Part shown: positions 35,717 to 48,370 of the stretch, one piece after another | Numbering within the stretch: the stretch's first letter is position 1 | How the letters are laid out: every line of letters starts with the position of its first letter | Assembly (NCBI RefSeq): GCF_036321535.1 | Contig: NC_087437.1 | Span: 71,922,001-71,986,000, forward strand | Source: Camelus dromedarius | Lineage: Eukaryota | Length of the DNA: 64,000 bases | Direction: 5' to 3' | Program-made: the position numbers and the translations under genes | Notes under the pieces: generated by a model | The model's database searches: none | Seen by the model: only the letters and a program-made list of their open reading frames with translations | What the model was told of the DNA's origin: nothing

Positions 35717-36667
35717 TTGAACTGTTTCCCTCTCCATAGAGCTATTTCCCTCTTCACTATTTCTGAATTTTAGAAATATTGTGAAACTGAATGAGCCTTT
35801 ACATTTAAGACCGAAATACAGCAAAAATCGTTATTTTTCTAAAACATGTATTTCAAATTTCCTTTCAGTTAAGAGAGAGAGATTGCAAAGAAATTGAAAG
35901 GAGTGATGAACCACAGAACAGACTGTGGAGAATGAGACTAGGAGTTAGAGGGGAACTTAGGAACCTCTCCAGACGGAGACAGAACCAGAGAATCAGAGAA
36001 AGCTAGCAAAACAGGAAAAAGTGCAGACAGTTGGTAAGTTTTAGGGTAAAGATAGTCAGGACTATCTTTGCAACACTTTGCTGTCCACAGGGGACGTGTG
36101 CTTCACAGCAGACTACCCTGTTCCACTGTTCTTTGAAATTATTGTGTATAAATTTAAAAAAATTATTTTTTCCATTGAATTCTAAGGGTTTTCTCCTGTC
36201 TAAAAGAAATTAACAAAGGTAAGAGAAATTCACTTAGGAACCTAGTGTCCCTTTGTCCAGTCTAATTGCTTCATCTTTGCTCTGAACATTTGGTGTAGCT
36301 TATTTAATAATGTCATGAGGTTATATTTGAAAGCAGTGTTTTACTTCACCTTTTTGAGCTTCCCTTAACCACAAATACATCTAATTTATGAGAGTAACAC
36401 GATTTTGCCATTATTTCCAGTTTTTCAATTAAAAACATCAAATTCTTAGAGAAGGAGCCACTCTTAGAAATCGGAGCACAGCAGCCACTCAGTGAGGAAA
36501 AGGTTATGTGTCTGGCTACAGTATTTTGGCTTGAACAATTCCATCTCATAGAATGCTGGTGTTAAGGCAGAAGGAAGTGAAGCTGGGGCCCAAGCAAGTT
36601 CTAAAGGTTCCCATGTCCAGCTTATAAAGTACTACGAGTTTAATCTTTCTGGAGACACAATTACCTC

Positions 36668-36686
36668 TATTGCCACCTGCTGGTAA
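36668..36686 (-). promoter_or_regulatory. CTCF-like core motif
   Basis: Minus strand TTACCAGCAGGTGGCAATA fits the CCASYAGRKGGCR core. Confidence 0.55.
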
Positions 36687-37404
36687 ATTTCTGTCTCATT
36701 TAATTCAGTTAGTGGCTTTCCCATCCCTGATTAAGCACATTTTAGAATATGGATAGATTTGCAGCAAAAGAACGTTTGCTGCTTCAGAGTGGGGAGGATG
36801 GATGACACAAAGTCAAGTCTCCGGGTACGCAGGACAGCAGATGACAAAGACTGCACTGATACAGGGAGTTAGTTTCCTCTGGCAGTGCCAGTTCTTTTAA
36901 GTTTGCCAGCTCTCTCGAGTTCATCTAAATACAGGGGTTTCCTCCCTGCACCCCACGAAAGACTAGTTTTTAGAGACACTCAGTGATTTTAAGCAGTACT
37001 TTAAAAAACTTGTAAATCAAGCACATAGGCAGGCACTTGCCTCACTTTGGTCCTGGGGTCTGAGCCAACATTGACAGACAGACTCCTTCACTGACTCTCC
37101 AGCCAGACTTTCTCTTGCTCCTCCCACTCACATACTTCACCCTTCTGCTCCTAAAAACCTACACTTCACACTCAATACTTACGTATTTTGACAAAACGCA
37201 GACCTACATACACAGTGTGGCTGACGCAAGCATCAGTGAACAATTTGCACATTTTCTGATGTTTGTGGCAGCATGAAATCTTTACTTTATCTAGAATCTG
37301 AATAAGCAGAAGAAAACATATGACCATTTCCCTCCCATGGTACCACCTCATGACACTAATTGATCATAATGTTCCCCCCAAAGTTCTGTAAAATTCAGAA
37401 GTAG

Positions 37405-37895
37405 CTTTTGTTTACTTGTTCACCTAGTGAAGGGCATTTGGGTTGTTTCACGTTTTGAATGTTTATGACTAGAGTGACTGTATACATGCATGTACACTTA
37501 CTTATGTGAAAATAAGTTTTCATTTATCTAGGGTAAATATCTAGGAGCGGGGTCACATGGTTTGTACGTGTTTAACTTTTTAAAAAACTGGCAAAACTTT
37601 TTGTATTCTCCCTTGCAATGCCTAGAGTTCAGTTGCTCTGCACCCTTGTCAGCACTTGGCATTGTCAGTGTTTCTTCTTTTAGCCATTATCATCAGTAGT
37701 AACTCATTATGGTTTTAATTGGCATTTTCTTTATGATTAGTGCTTTTCAACAACTTTCTCTATGATCACTTGTCATCCAGGTATCCTCTTTGGTGAAGTG
37801 CCTGTTCAATTATTTTACTCATTTTTTTTCCCCATTGGGTTGTTTTCTATTGTATTTTAAGAGTTCTAATACATTCTGGATATGTCTTTGGTTAA
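37405..37895 (-). mobile_element. L1M fragment (ORF2 3' region, antisense)
   Basis: gaagggcatttgggttgtttc...gggtaaatatctaggag...cagcacttggcattgtcagt...cttctttggtgaagtgcctgttcaa-like motifs. Confidence 0.85.
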
Positions 37896-38639
37896 GTAGT
37901 TCTTGAATCATCAAAAAAATGTAAACACAGGGTCTTTCAGTGTAAGGCTATTTTATTCTATTCACTTCTTGGTGATTTACATATGCCATACACAGTCAAG
38001 TCTATAAACTTTTCCATTAACCACAACAGTGGGCATTTTGCATGATGAGGTATTCTCTAAGGAGGCCTAGAGGGAAAATGGTGAGCTGCCTGGATGGGAC
38101 TCAAGAAAGGGCCATTTATGTTGATCAATTCAGCAAAGTCTAGGGTTTAGTCCTCTCTTTGAAGATTCAGTAATGTGATTTGGCCATGCCCCAAGAGCAG
38201 ATCCCACTTGAAGAAACTTATTCATGCTAGCAAAGCTCTATTGAGACCAATGTGCAAGGCCAGGGTGGCAGCTAACACACCAAAGTAGCCTTCTCCTCCC
38301 ATTGACTTAATGTGGTACCTGTAAGTTTCCTTGAGGAGCTTGGATTTGGAGTAAAAAAAAAAAACTAGCCATACCAATGGCTGTGATGAACTTCCACTGG
38401 GCCATGGTGAAAAAATAAGCATAGTTTAAATAGTTTTCTTAATTGGTTCAATTTAAAGAGCTATATTTTACTCTGAGGTTATGTTTTCCACAACTTTCAC
38501 AAATGCTACATGCATTTATTTCCTTAATGTACAGTGATAGCTTGCTGGCCTAGCAGACGTTTGAAAAGTGAAGAGCTATTCTCTGCCCTAATATCACCCT
38601 TATTTCCTGAGTTTCTGAGACCTGGGGAGGTACCTCTAT

Positions 38640-39150
38640 GACCCTTCCCTATCTATATATGTCTAGGTCAACTGAACTTGACATTCAAGGCTCTATACAA
38701 TCTGACCCCTAGCTTCCAATTTCATCTCAGTGTATCTTCCCATTGATCACTCTCCACCTCCAATCTGCTTACAACTCTCAGTGTGCTATACCCCTCCCCC
38801 CTTTTTTTTTGGCCTCTGGATATTTGCTGTTCACCTAGCCCACCTCTTCCCCCACCACCTATCTTCCTTGATGTCTTCTGAGTCAGAAGGGAACATTACT
38901 ACTCAATATGCCTACAACACCTATCTTCCTTATCATTCCTAAAGCAGTCATCCTACATTACCTCTCACTGTGCGTGACTGGTGTATGCTTTAGTAGATGA
39001 TCAGATAGTACCCCCAAAAGATGGTAAGCTTCTGAAAGGGGGAGAATAAAGACCCATCTTTTAGAAATACTAATATGTCTCATAGCAAATCACACAGTGT
39101 TTCTCACAGTAGGTACTCATTAAAGGTTTGTCAAGGGAATGAAGAAAGAA
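38640..39150 (+). mobile_element. L2 fragment with 3' end
   Basis: gacattcaaggctctatacaatctgacccct...cacagtaggtactcattaaaggtttgt...gaatgaa. Confidence 0.65.
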
Positions 39151-40469
39151 ACCAATATATGAGAAATGGCATATTTAAATTCTTGTAACAGAATTCCTCT
39201 TTTTACCATGGTTACCTGTGCATCTTGATACTTGAGCGCCTCCTTAAACATACCTCCTGTATAAATATACAGATGGAGGGCTCCCTGGGGCTTCCTCCTC
39301 CAATGTGTGAGTCTGTGAGTGTGGCCTGCACGTCAACATGCCCAGGGAGAAGGAAAAACAAGCAGGCACTCCCTACTGGGGAAATCATTTGTAGCCCCTC
39401 CCAATATTACTGGCTGAATCTTCTTATTTAAAACAAACAGAAAGCAGGAAGCAGCAATTCAAGTGGTGGCTATTAGCAAGTGCAGTTATCAAAACACAGA
39501 CGTACTCTTTAAACATGTAAAACAGCAAACCCTGAAGGTCCACTCCTGACCTTTTAGCATCTTTGCAGCCAGAGCCTCCCCTAGCATTTCCTTTTAGAAC
39601 CCTTAGGGGTCATGTGTTCTTACGAAGTGGTGATTATTTTTAGATTTTACTTGGCTGAGAGCACTTTAATCTGAAAGAGTCATTTCTCACCTTTAATTTC
39701 TTCCTATCCTACAGGGCAAGGACTGCCCCCAAAAGTAATCCAGCTACCATTTTCCATTCAGTCTGTGGCTAGTTAAGGAAGTTTCTGAGGGTTATAGAGG
39801 AGGCAATCCTGAAGTTCAGATCTTAGGGACGAGAGGGCTACTGTAGAGCCAGCAAAAATTACCAAAGGAGGAAACTGGGACATGATCCAGACCATATTAG
39901 GGAGATGTGGTTCATTTCCCGTTTCTGATGTGCACTGAGGGGTCCTGTAACTTGGGCTGTTCAAGTGCTGGCCTATCTAGGCACAAGCCAAGGGAGAAAA
40001 GGGTAGAAACTCCTACTCCGTGATGCTTGTCAATCATCACTGTGGTCATCATCGTGGACCCCAATCCTCACCGTGCTGCAGATAGAAGAGCGGTGGAAAA
40101 CAGAAGACAATTTATGGTGACCACAGACCACAGCCTGGCAGTGTTCTTGTTTGAGTTTCTTTTAAATAAATAAGATCTATCACCTTATTTGTTGTCCTTT
40201 ACCTCTTTCTCTTAAAAAGTGGAGTGCATTAAAATACTGGTTGCATAAATATTCTGTTTTGATTATTTAATACCTGCTTTATAGGTTTGGATAAAAGGAG
40301 ATACTTTAAACTATTTTTGCACAGTCCCAGGCATACAGAAATAGTCAATAAATGGCAGCTAGAATGATTGGTTCCTGAATTCTTCTAACCAAAGATTTTA
40401 TTATATTAACTAGAAATGACGACTGAGTTCATTCTTGGCCTCTTAAAAAACAGCATTACAAACTGTTAT

Positions 40470-40690
40470 AGTTTGTAATCTCAACTATATAATAAAAACC
40501 AAACACAGAAAAAAAAGACCTGCAGGAACTATACTAAAAGACTTAACAGTGATTGACTCTGGGTGATAGAGTCATGGTTAATTTTTCCTGTTTCTGTGCC
40601 CTTTGCACTATTTTCCAAACTTCCTCTAATGAGCACTTATTACTCTGATGATGTGGAAAAAAGCTGACTAAAAAATTTTTTTTTAAATGA
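40470..40690 (+). mobile_element. L1ME-like 3' end
   Basis: ttaacagtgattgactctgggtgatagag...ttttccaaacttcctctaatgagcacttattact. Confidence 0.65.
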
Positions 40691-40739
40691 GATTACATTT
40701 TTTCAGTTGGTAAAGGTTGTTTTCAACCTAATTTATCCT

Positions 40740-42150
40740 CTGATGCTTTGCCATTTTCCACCTGCGTGACCTTGGGTATATTACCTTAACCCTTAGTCTC
40801 CTCTACAGTAAAATGGAGAAAATAAGTATGTACTTCCTTCAAAGGTCTGTGTGAAGATTAAACGAGAAAACAGGGAACTTACCTAGCACAGGGATATAGG
40901 TACTGAATAGTAAGTACTCTAAACCTCTGAAGTAACATCTCTTCCTTCTTACAGTATAAGAGTCTTTAGGAGACGATTTGGACCGGTACTGAAAATAGAA
41001 AGGCTCCATTTACTTCTTGCCACTGTCAGTCTGCCTACTGCACAATTTCTTGCTTTTCTTCAACTATGCCTGATAATTGCCTAACCCAAATATCAGAAGA
41101 TTAATGCAGTCTTAAGGGCAGTTAGTTGGGTGTAAATAACGGAATGATGTGGTAAAACACAGGCCCATGTGCTTTGGATTTGGAAAGACCAGAGTTTAAA
41201 TTTTCCTAATTACTAACTGTGTGATCTCAGGCAACGGATGAGTTTTTGGAGTCTTGATTTCCTCATATTTGGTAATTCTAACTAACATCCATTGAACCTT
41301 CATTACATGCCGAGCACTGGGCTAAGAATTTTACATACATTATCTCATCTAATTAACACAACATCCTGGTGACATATAATTATTATTCCCATTTTACAGA
41401 TGAGCGAGCGGTAAAGGAAGCTGCCTGGGGACACTCAGCTGGTATTGGTCGAGCTGGAATTTTAAGCCAGGCAGTCTGACACCAGAGCCTATGTTCTTAC
41501 CCACTCTGCTGTAAAGGCTCCCTTTCCTAAAATGGGGATCTAAATACGAGCTGATGGGTTTATCACTACGATTAAATAGCATACTGTATGTGAGGTCCTA
41601 TGCATGGTAGCTGTCAATACATATAAGATTAGAGAGGGTACTCTAATCTTAGGACTACTTAGGAATGTCATATGCATAGGATCCCCAAAGACTGTATATT
41701 GGGAAACGTGTGCCAGCTGGATCACACCACTGGCTTCTCTGTGTGCATTATTTGTTGTTATCTGTGCACATCTCTCCCACACTCCTTTTCTTGACATTTA
41801 GTAGCATGTCTCAAGGAAAATATTAAAAAATATCTCTGATTTCTTTCAGATGTTGTGCTGATATTTGAGTATTATTCCAATCCTAACACTAACAATAACG
41901 GTTACCAGTTACTGAGGACTTATCAGTTACCAAGCCTTGGCCTAAGAGATTCACTGATTTCTCTCAGTGTATCCCAACAATCAGCTTATGACTTAAGCTT
42001 CATCAGACCCATTTTTCAGATGAGGAAACTGAGACAGAAGAATTGAGAAATTTGCCCAAGTTCACATGGGTAGTAAACGGTGAAAGCAGAACACAAATCC
42101 AACTCTGGTTGATTTTGAAACCTCTACATTTCATCATCTCACCACTCTCC
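40740..42150. mobile_element. Cluster of about four MIR copies (40740-40920 +, 41140-41270 +, 41270-41510 -, 41885-42150 -)
   Basis: MIR cores such as cccattttacagatgag and catttttcagatgaggaaactgagacaga. Confidence 0.8.
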
Positions 42151-42372
42151 CCCCTACACCTCCCTTATTTCCATTCTCTGTGTGTGTATCTATATGGCTG
42201 GAGAATGGCATGAAAGGTCACCCTGGGATCAAACCATTCCAGAGACCAGGCGGGAACTGTGATTTCCCACTTTCCTTTGAGGCTGAGGAGGCAGAATTCA
42301 CTATGCTGAGGCTAAAATTGCCCAGTGGATCTTAGAGTTTGGATCAGAATCTGTCAAATCCACAACACACAC

Positions 42373-42784
42373 TGTGGTAATCACTAGTACTATTTGCCAA
42401 ATATTTTGTTTTCCTCAGTTCTGGCAGAGTAAGATTAAACTTCTTGGCTTCTTTATTTTTGAATGGGGCTTTGTAACTAGTTATAGCCTTTGAATTCTAT
42501 GTGGAAGTGCCATGTGACACTTCGAGGCTGGGGCCTGGGGCCTGGAGCCTGTTTTTGAAACTTTCCCAAGCATTCTTTCCCCTTTGGTACAATCACCAGC
42601 AACATTCAAGATGGTGGCTGCTCCATTAGCTTGGGTCTCTAAGTGACCACAAAAAGCAAAGATCCCTGCTGACTAGTGATGAATATGTGGCTTGAGTGAA
42701 CACTAAATCTTTGTAGTTTTAAGCCACTAAGATTTTCAGGTTGTTTGTTACTGTAGCATAACCTAGTCTATCCTGACTGGTACA
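42373..42784 (+). mobile_element. MaLR LTR (MLT1I/J-like)
   Basis: Runs TGTGG...TACA, with 3' end ttttaagccactaagatttt...gtttgttactgtagcataacctagtctatcctgactggtaca. Confidence 0.85.
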
Positions 42785-42869
42785 ACCATGTAGCAAAATG
42801 TGGATGATCCAAAGCAGCACCTGGATGTCCGTGTGGTAGACAGACTCTGTCCACGACTATCACCAGTGT

Positions 42870-42973
42870 GGGGAGAGAGAGGAAGAGAGAGAGAGAGGAA
42901 TAGAAAGAAAGGGGAAGAGGTGGAGAAGAAGAGAAAGAAAGGTGGGGATGGAGGAGAGAGAGAGGGAGAGAGA
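42870..42973 (+). repeat. GA-rich polypurine tract
   Basis: About 100 nt almost entirely G/A. Confidence 0.85.
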
Positions 42974-43779
42974 CCTTTTAGTTCTGGCAGAACTTTTAGG
43001 AAGCTATGCCTTTTACTTTGAAAAAAACGTTACTTTGAAGACATATCGTCAAGAAACCATGAGGGCTGAGACTATGTCTTACTCAGTATTTCCAGTGCTC
43101 ACTAAGGTGACTGACACTAAATCTTTGTCAAATTCATAATATCATAGATTATCATTTTATGAACAATAGAATCTGTAGGGAATGCCTGTTCTTGGAACAT
43201 TTCTCTTGGTTTTGGAGTCTAGCTAAAATTAATATAACTCTCCTTGTTAGCTTTTAAAATGAGGCTAGTTGACTTCTTTGCTTTTTCTCACTCACTGGTC
43301 CAGAGTACTTAGCCCCAGGGTCTCCGGATACCACGGCAGACACGTTTTAAAAAACTTACAATATCCTTGTCCTTGTGCTTTAAAAAGGACTGTCGAAGCC
43401 CATGCACATTCAGAGAAGAGTTTTCACTCTTTAACTTCTTTAAAAGAAATAAATATATCAGCCCAAACTTGAGTTTAAACTGCAGATCCTTGTTCCTTTC
43501 CCGGAGTGGGTGCCACTGTGTGTGGGGGTGGGTGGAGATGACTCATCCTGGAAAGCAGCTCCATAACCCTCAGGCAGGGAGAACAGCCAGACTCCACAGG
43601 CCAGGAGGAAAGAGTGGGAGGGCGAGGAGAAAGAGGAAGAAGGGGACCAGGGCTCCTAGTGCAGAGAAACAGCCTTGTGCTTACAGGAAGGACTGTAAGG
43701 TTAAATGCCTCTCCAGGTAATTCCAAATGTTCCTGCTCCTTCTTGCCAGTCATTATCCCATAACTTATTCCAGGAACCA

Positions 43780-43930
43780 CTTGCCAGTAAGCTAGTATTC
43801 CCGCCTTCACTAGACTGTGAGTTCCTGGAGTGCACGCACCATCTCGTGTTCATCATCTGTTATTCATCCCACGCCCACACTCCCCACCGTGCACGTTGGA
43901 GGCTACTAGTAGATGTTTACTAAGCAAGTG
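43780..43930 (+). mobile_element. L2 3' end
   Basis: cactagactgtgagttcctggag...catctcgtgttcatcatctgtt...tagatgtttactaa. Confidence 0.7.
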
Positions 43931-44836
43931 ACACTTCAGAAGCTGGGGCCATCCTGAAAGCTACAACTGATACTCTGACCCAGAGAGAGGAGAATTAAAC
44001 TTCCGCCCTACCTGAGGGCCCCGGTTGCTAACTTTTCATTTCACATAAACTCATTTGCAGTTGTTTTTTAATCTCTTACTTGATTCCTCTACTGTTCAAA
44101 AAATTGCTGTTAAGGGACTTAACGAACTCTCATCCCAATTCCTCATAGGCAGTGTGGGAAGAATGTCTACCGCCAGCTTCACTGAAGAGGTTAAGGCTAT
44201 GACTACTTCAGAGGAGGGATGGTAGATGGAATATACCAGTGTCTAGCTCTGTGACTCAGGAGCTGGGATTTTGGGAGAGTTTGCTCCCACCAACAAATCA
44301 CAGGGTTAGAAAACATTGTAGGGTCTAGAGACCACAATAAGATGTGTTCTAAATTCACTGTAAGAGCTAAACTACTAAAATCTGTACACAGTGGATGTGA
44401 TTAGCCACCTGTGGAAGTAAACCAGGAAACCACCCCTAAATGTGTAAGCCAAAGCTTGGGCATACCTGAGGTATCAATCAAGGTGACCCAGGAGAAAATT
44501 CAGGGAAGCAGGTAGTAGGACAGTCCTCAGGGCTCCACCAATTAAATGCATATTGTTTTAACAATCTCTCTGAACAGAATGTATCTCTCTGGGGAGTAGG
44601 GTGGGGAGGGGAAAAGTGATCAACTGTAGGAATAAAGGAAAAGGTTTGCAGAGGCACTATTGTGGACAGAGGTTTTCCGGGCCCCTGACCCTGTGAAAGT
44701 GCCTAAAGCTTCTTCAAGGAGAGACACTTCTGAAACTCAACTCACATCCTTCATTCTGAAGGAATGCGCTGATAAGGCCAAAGTGAACAATCAGTACTCT
44801 TATTAGTTGTATTCATCACGGTTAATTAACAAACTG

Positions 44837-44883
44837 GTGTGTGTGCGTGTGTGTGCGTGCACGCGCGCACGTGTGCATGTGTG
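44837..44883. repeat. 47-bp perfect purine-pyrimidine alternation (GT/GC/AC)
   Basis: Read directly from the sequence. Confidence 0.9.
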
Positions 44884-46889
44884 ATAGCTGGATGTACACA
44901 GGTTTGGAGTTTCAGCTCTTGGGGGTGGGGACTGCTATTCTAGTGATGTCAGGAGAGTCAGGATTCAGAACCTCAGTGATGAGTCTCTGAGGCCAAGGCC
45001 ATCAGTGGACCTTCTCTGCATCCCTGCGTGCCACAGGCTAAGCTGTCCATTTCCAGGTGCGACAGAAGACACTCTACATAGACAATGGGCATCCCTTTGC
45101 TTCCTGGCAAGACTACACTTTTATCCAATGCTCTCAAATTCTTTTGACTACGGCAAAAAGCCCCATGGCTCACTTACCCCATCATCTACTGCATGAAGAT
45201 CCACCCCTCCCCAAAGAAGACATACTTTGACCCTTTCAAGATTCACAAGGCAGAACCTTCTTCCCTGCTGTGGGCCTTATACCACCCTTTGAGGATCACT
45301 GTCCCAGAAGCAAGCCAACTTCTACTGGAGTTTTATGGCTGAAGGATATGTCCTTTTATTGGCATTCTGTTCAACTTTGCCAACATATATACTGTGCCCA
45401 CCATGTGCTGGCTGTGCAAATCACCTCCAATCGCTTCTAATAATAGATGCCACCAAAGCAGTAAGTAACTTTGTATATGGGTGTAGGGGGATCAATTATA
45501 GGGGGCTGGCATGTCTATAGAGGTTATGTTTCACCTGGCAGGAGACTTGAGTGGGAAGGCAAGACCTGTGATAATGAAGAGGCCTGGGGTTTCTGGATAG
45601 TTTACACTCACACCACTGAGAGTGGGAGGAGAACTCTTAGAAAGCACCAGGGCTACCAGAAGGTCTCTCTCCGTGGAAAGCTTCAAAATAGTTTTTCAAC
45701 TGCAACAGCTTCCTTTGCTTTGCTCACAAGGCTGGCTAAGGTTCCCGCTGTGATGGTGCAGAAGAGAGGTCTGAAGGGGCCAGACTCAACCCATGAACAG
45801 ACCCTCCATGGGGAGCTGGAGAGGAGTGCTGCAAGAAGGCTCTTTGGCCCCCAAAGTTTTCTGTCCTGGGGAATACACCTGAAATGTTCCAATTACCAGG
45901 AAGTCATACCCAGACTGGAAAGTACTGATGAAAGGGAGAGAATGGGTTTGGTCCAGAGTAAGAGATGTTACTCAGGAGAAATATCAAAGGGTAAGGCAAA
46001 GGTCAAGAACATCCTGTGGAATGACAAGGGCCACCTAAATCATAGGTAATTATAAATTAGTAGTAGGGAGAGGAGCACAGAAAAGGAAAAGAGCTGAACC
46101 CAAGAGAAACATCTTCTCCAGGTCTTTCCTACAATCAGTTGTGGCCACAGGTATCATATTTTAAAAGAAGAAACCATGTCTGTCACCTACTAGTCACGAC
46201 AATTCAACAATAATGAATAATAATTTTTAACCTCACATTTCTTCCCATTCCTTGAGGAGAAATAACTGAACACAGTAAGCTATACTTTTTTATTTGCAGA
46301 ATTATATTCATTTTATACTAGACTTTCCAGCCAAAAATGTTTGCCCTAAAGCTTTTTAGCAAGTATCTGAGTTGAAGATCCCACAACAGGTTGCCTCAGC
46401 TCCGTTTTAAAGACAATGCCCACTGGTTGAAATGCTACTAACACATACAGTGCTATTCACACAAGTATGCAGACTGAAACTTGTCTTCAGAAAGTTGCGA
46501 TTTATGATAGTATAGGGCAGCAGCAGGTCACATGAAGAAAGACATATACATATAAAACAAAACAAAAACAAGTAATTATTTAATTTCGTGAGTCATTCTA
46601 ATGATATAATCTCCCAGATACTTTCAGCATCTGACAAAGACGAACTGTGGCATTTAGATTAGCATGGAGGGGGTGGTAGCATCATGCCCCTGTTCCCAGG
46701 AAAGTTACTGGTTGTTATGTGGCCTCCTAATTGCCCATCCTCCTGCCGGCACCCACCTGTGAAGGGTGATGGCAGTCGGCCCATTCTCAGCGCCATCCAT
46801 TCAGGATCAAGGATCACGCTTGTGGATGATGCTGGCCCCGGTGATTGCAGCAGCATGCTGTAGTCCCAATAAGCAGCCATAAAAAAACA

Positions 46890-46990
46890 CAGCCTCAGTT
46901 TTCTCACTTGTAAAATGGGACTATGCATAATCCCAACTGACTTCACTAGGAGGATGTCAGAATATTTTAATAAATGCCTACTTCGAAGTT
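46890..46990 (+). mobile_element. MIR fragment
   Basis: agcctcagttttctcacttgtaaaatgggact. Confidence 0.7.
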
Positions 46991-47313
46991 CTATGGAAAG
47001 GCCTGAGGTATTGGAAACTATTGCAACAGCCATATGTTAAGATATGTACATAACTCCAGAACCCTTAAAGGTTTCATGCAAAAAACCACGCAAGAGTTTC
47101 ATTTTGAGCCTCATCAAAGTGCTCTTCGGTTATAGTGTAAAAAGGATCTTAATTTTAAAACATCAAACTTTAAAGTGTTCTTAGAGCCTGGTCTAAAAGG
47201 TAGTGTTTAAGTGAAGCTCTCATAACAGCTATCACCTAATTCCTCAGATGCTTTGTCTTTGCCTCTTTGTCCTCCATTTTCCTTCTGGAAACCTGCAATC
47301 CCACAGTGTGTCA

Positions 47314-47373
47314 GCATGCGTGTGTATGTGTGTGCGCGCACATATGCATGTGCGTGCACACGCGCACATGCAC
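47314..47373. repeat. 60-bp perfect purine-pyrimidine alternation
   Basis: Read directly from the sequence. Confidence 0.9.
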
Positions 47374-47429
47374 TGGGGGAGCTGGCGGGCGCAGGTCTCA
47401 GGGAGAACACAGAAGCTGTGCCGGGATCG

Positions 47430-47630
47430 CCAAATAAGGCTGTGATTTCCATCATTCCTACTGCTGGAGCCTCCTGGGCTGATTAAGTCAGAGGCTTCTC
47501 CCAGGTTTTGTTGGTCCATGAATGGAGCCTCTTCAGTGCTCACTGGAGTGCAATACCATTGAAACTTCCTCCGCCTGCCTCCCTTCCGCTCCCAGGCCGG
47601 CCGAGCTGATGGATTAATCCTGCTGTTTAC
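47430..47630. promoter_or_regulatory. Candidate enhancer: CArG, MCAT, ETS, TAATCC palindrome, FOX
   Basis: CCAAATAAGG (47430-47439), CATTCCT (47453-47459), ACTTCCT (47564-47570), GGATTAATCC (47611-47620), TGTTTAC (47624-47630) in GC-rich unique DNA. Motif evidence only. Confidence 0.45.
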
Positions 47631-48199
47631 TTGGAAGGCTCAAGGCAGAAATGCAAGCAGAGGTAGAAGAAGAGGATGAGGGTTGGAAGGGGCCACGAAG
47701 GCCTTCTTTCTAGAGTCCAAACTCCTCATGTTACTTAACTGGGCTTGACTGAGGCCCAGGGCAGAGCAGCTGGGCCTGGCCCGGGTCCTGCAGTAGCGGC
47801 TTAGTGAGAGCCTGGACTCGCAAGGTTTTCTACCCTTCCCATTGCAGGTGCTTCTCAGAGGGCTGCCTGCAAGAGCTCTGCTGCTCTGGCTATAGATCAA
47901 CACACCAGATGTAGACCCAGAACAAGAACAGCCTAGCCACGTACATCTTTCACATTCTCACAGCCAAGTGAGGGACCCAGTGACTAAAATCATGGATCTT
48001 CACTGGGAGAAGTGAAGAGGGTCGAGAGCACTGTCTAAGAAGGGTCAGAAAGCTGCCATGTTTGCTAGTGATCTGTCTGTGATTTTTATTTTCCTGCCAC
48101 ATCCCGAGTCTCACATACATGCCCAAACCTGGAGTCTGCAGATTAACTACCCGCAGTGTCTTTGTCAGAGACTTTGTATTCTGACAGTTTTCCTCTTTA

Positions 48200-48370
48200 A
48201 AGACAACACTTTACAATATTTATTACTCCTGACATATTATGTGTTTATTTGCTTGACTGTCTCCTGTCACTAAAATGTAAGCCTCCTTAGGAGAAGGACA
48301 TTGGTTCACGGATATTTCCGTGGCACCCGGAATACTGTTTACGTCATAGTGAGTACTCAAAAACAATTTT
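48200..48370 (+). mobile_element. L2 3' end
   Basis: tttatttgcttgactgtctcctgtcactaaaatgtaagcctcc...catagtgagtactcaaaaacaattt. Confidence 0.7.

Noticed and set aside
44400..44416. Second CTCF-like site (gccacctgtgg)
   Set aside because: One base short in the core, so a poor fit.
45471..46049. 192-aa ORF in unique DNA
   Set aside because: Non-ATG start, no recognisable domain and no convincing exon structure. ORFs of this length can occur by chance in 64 kb.
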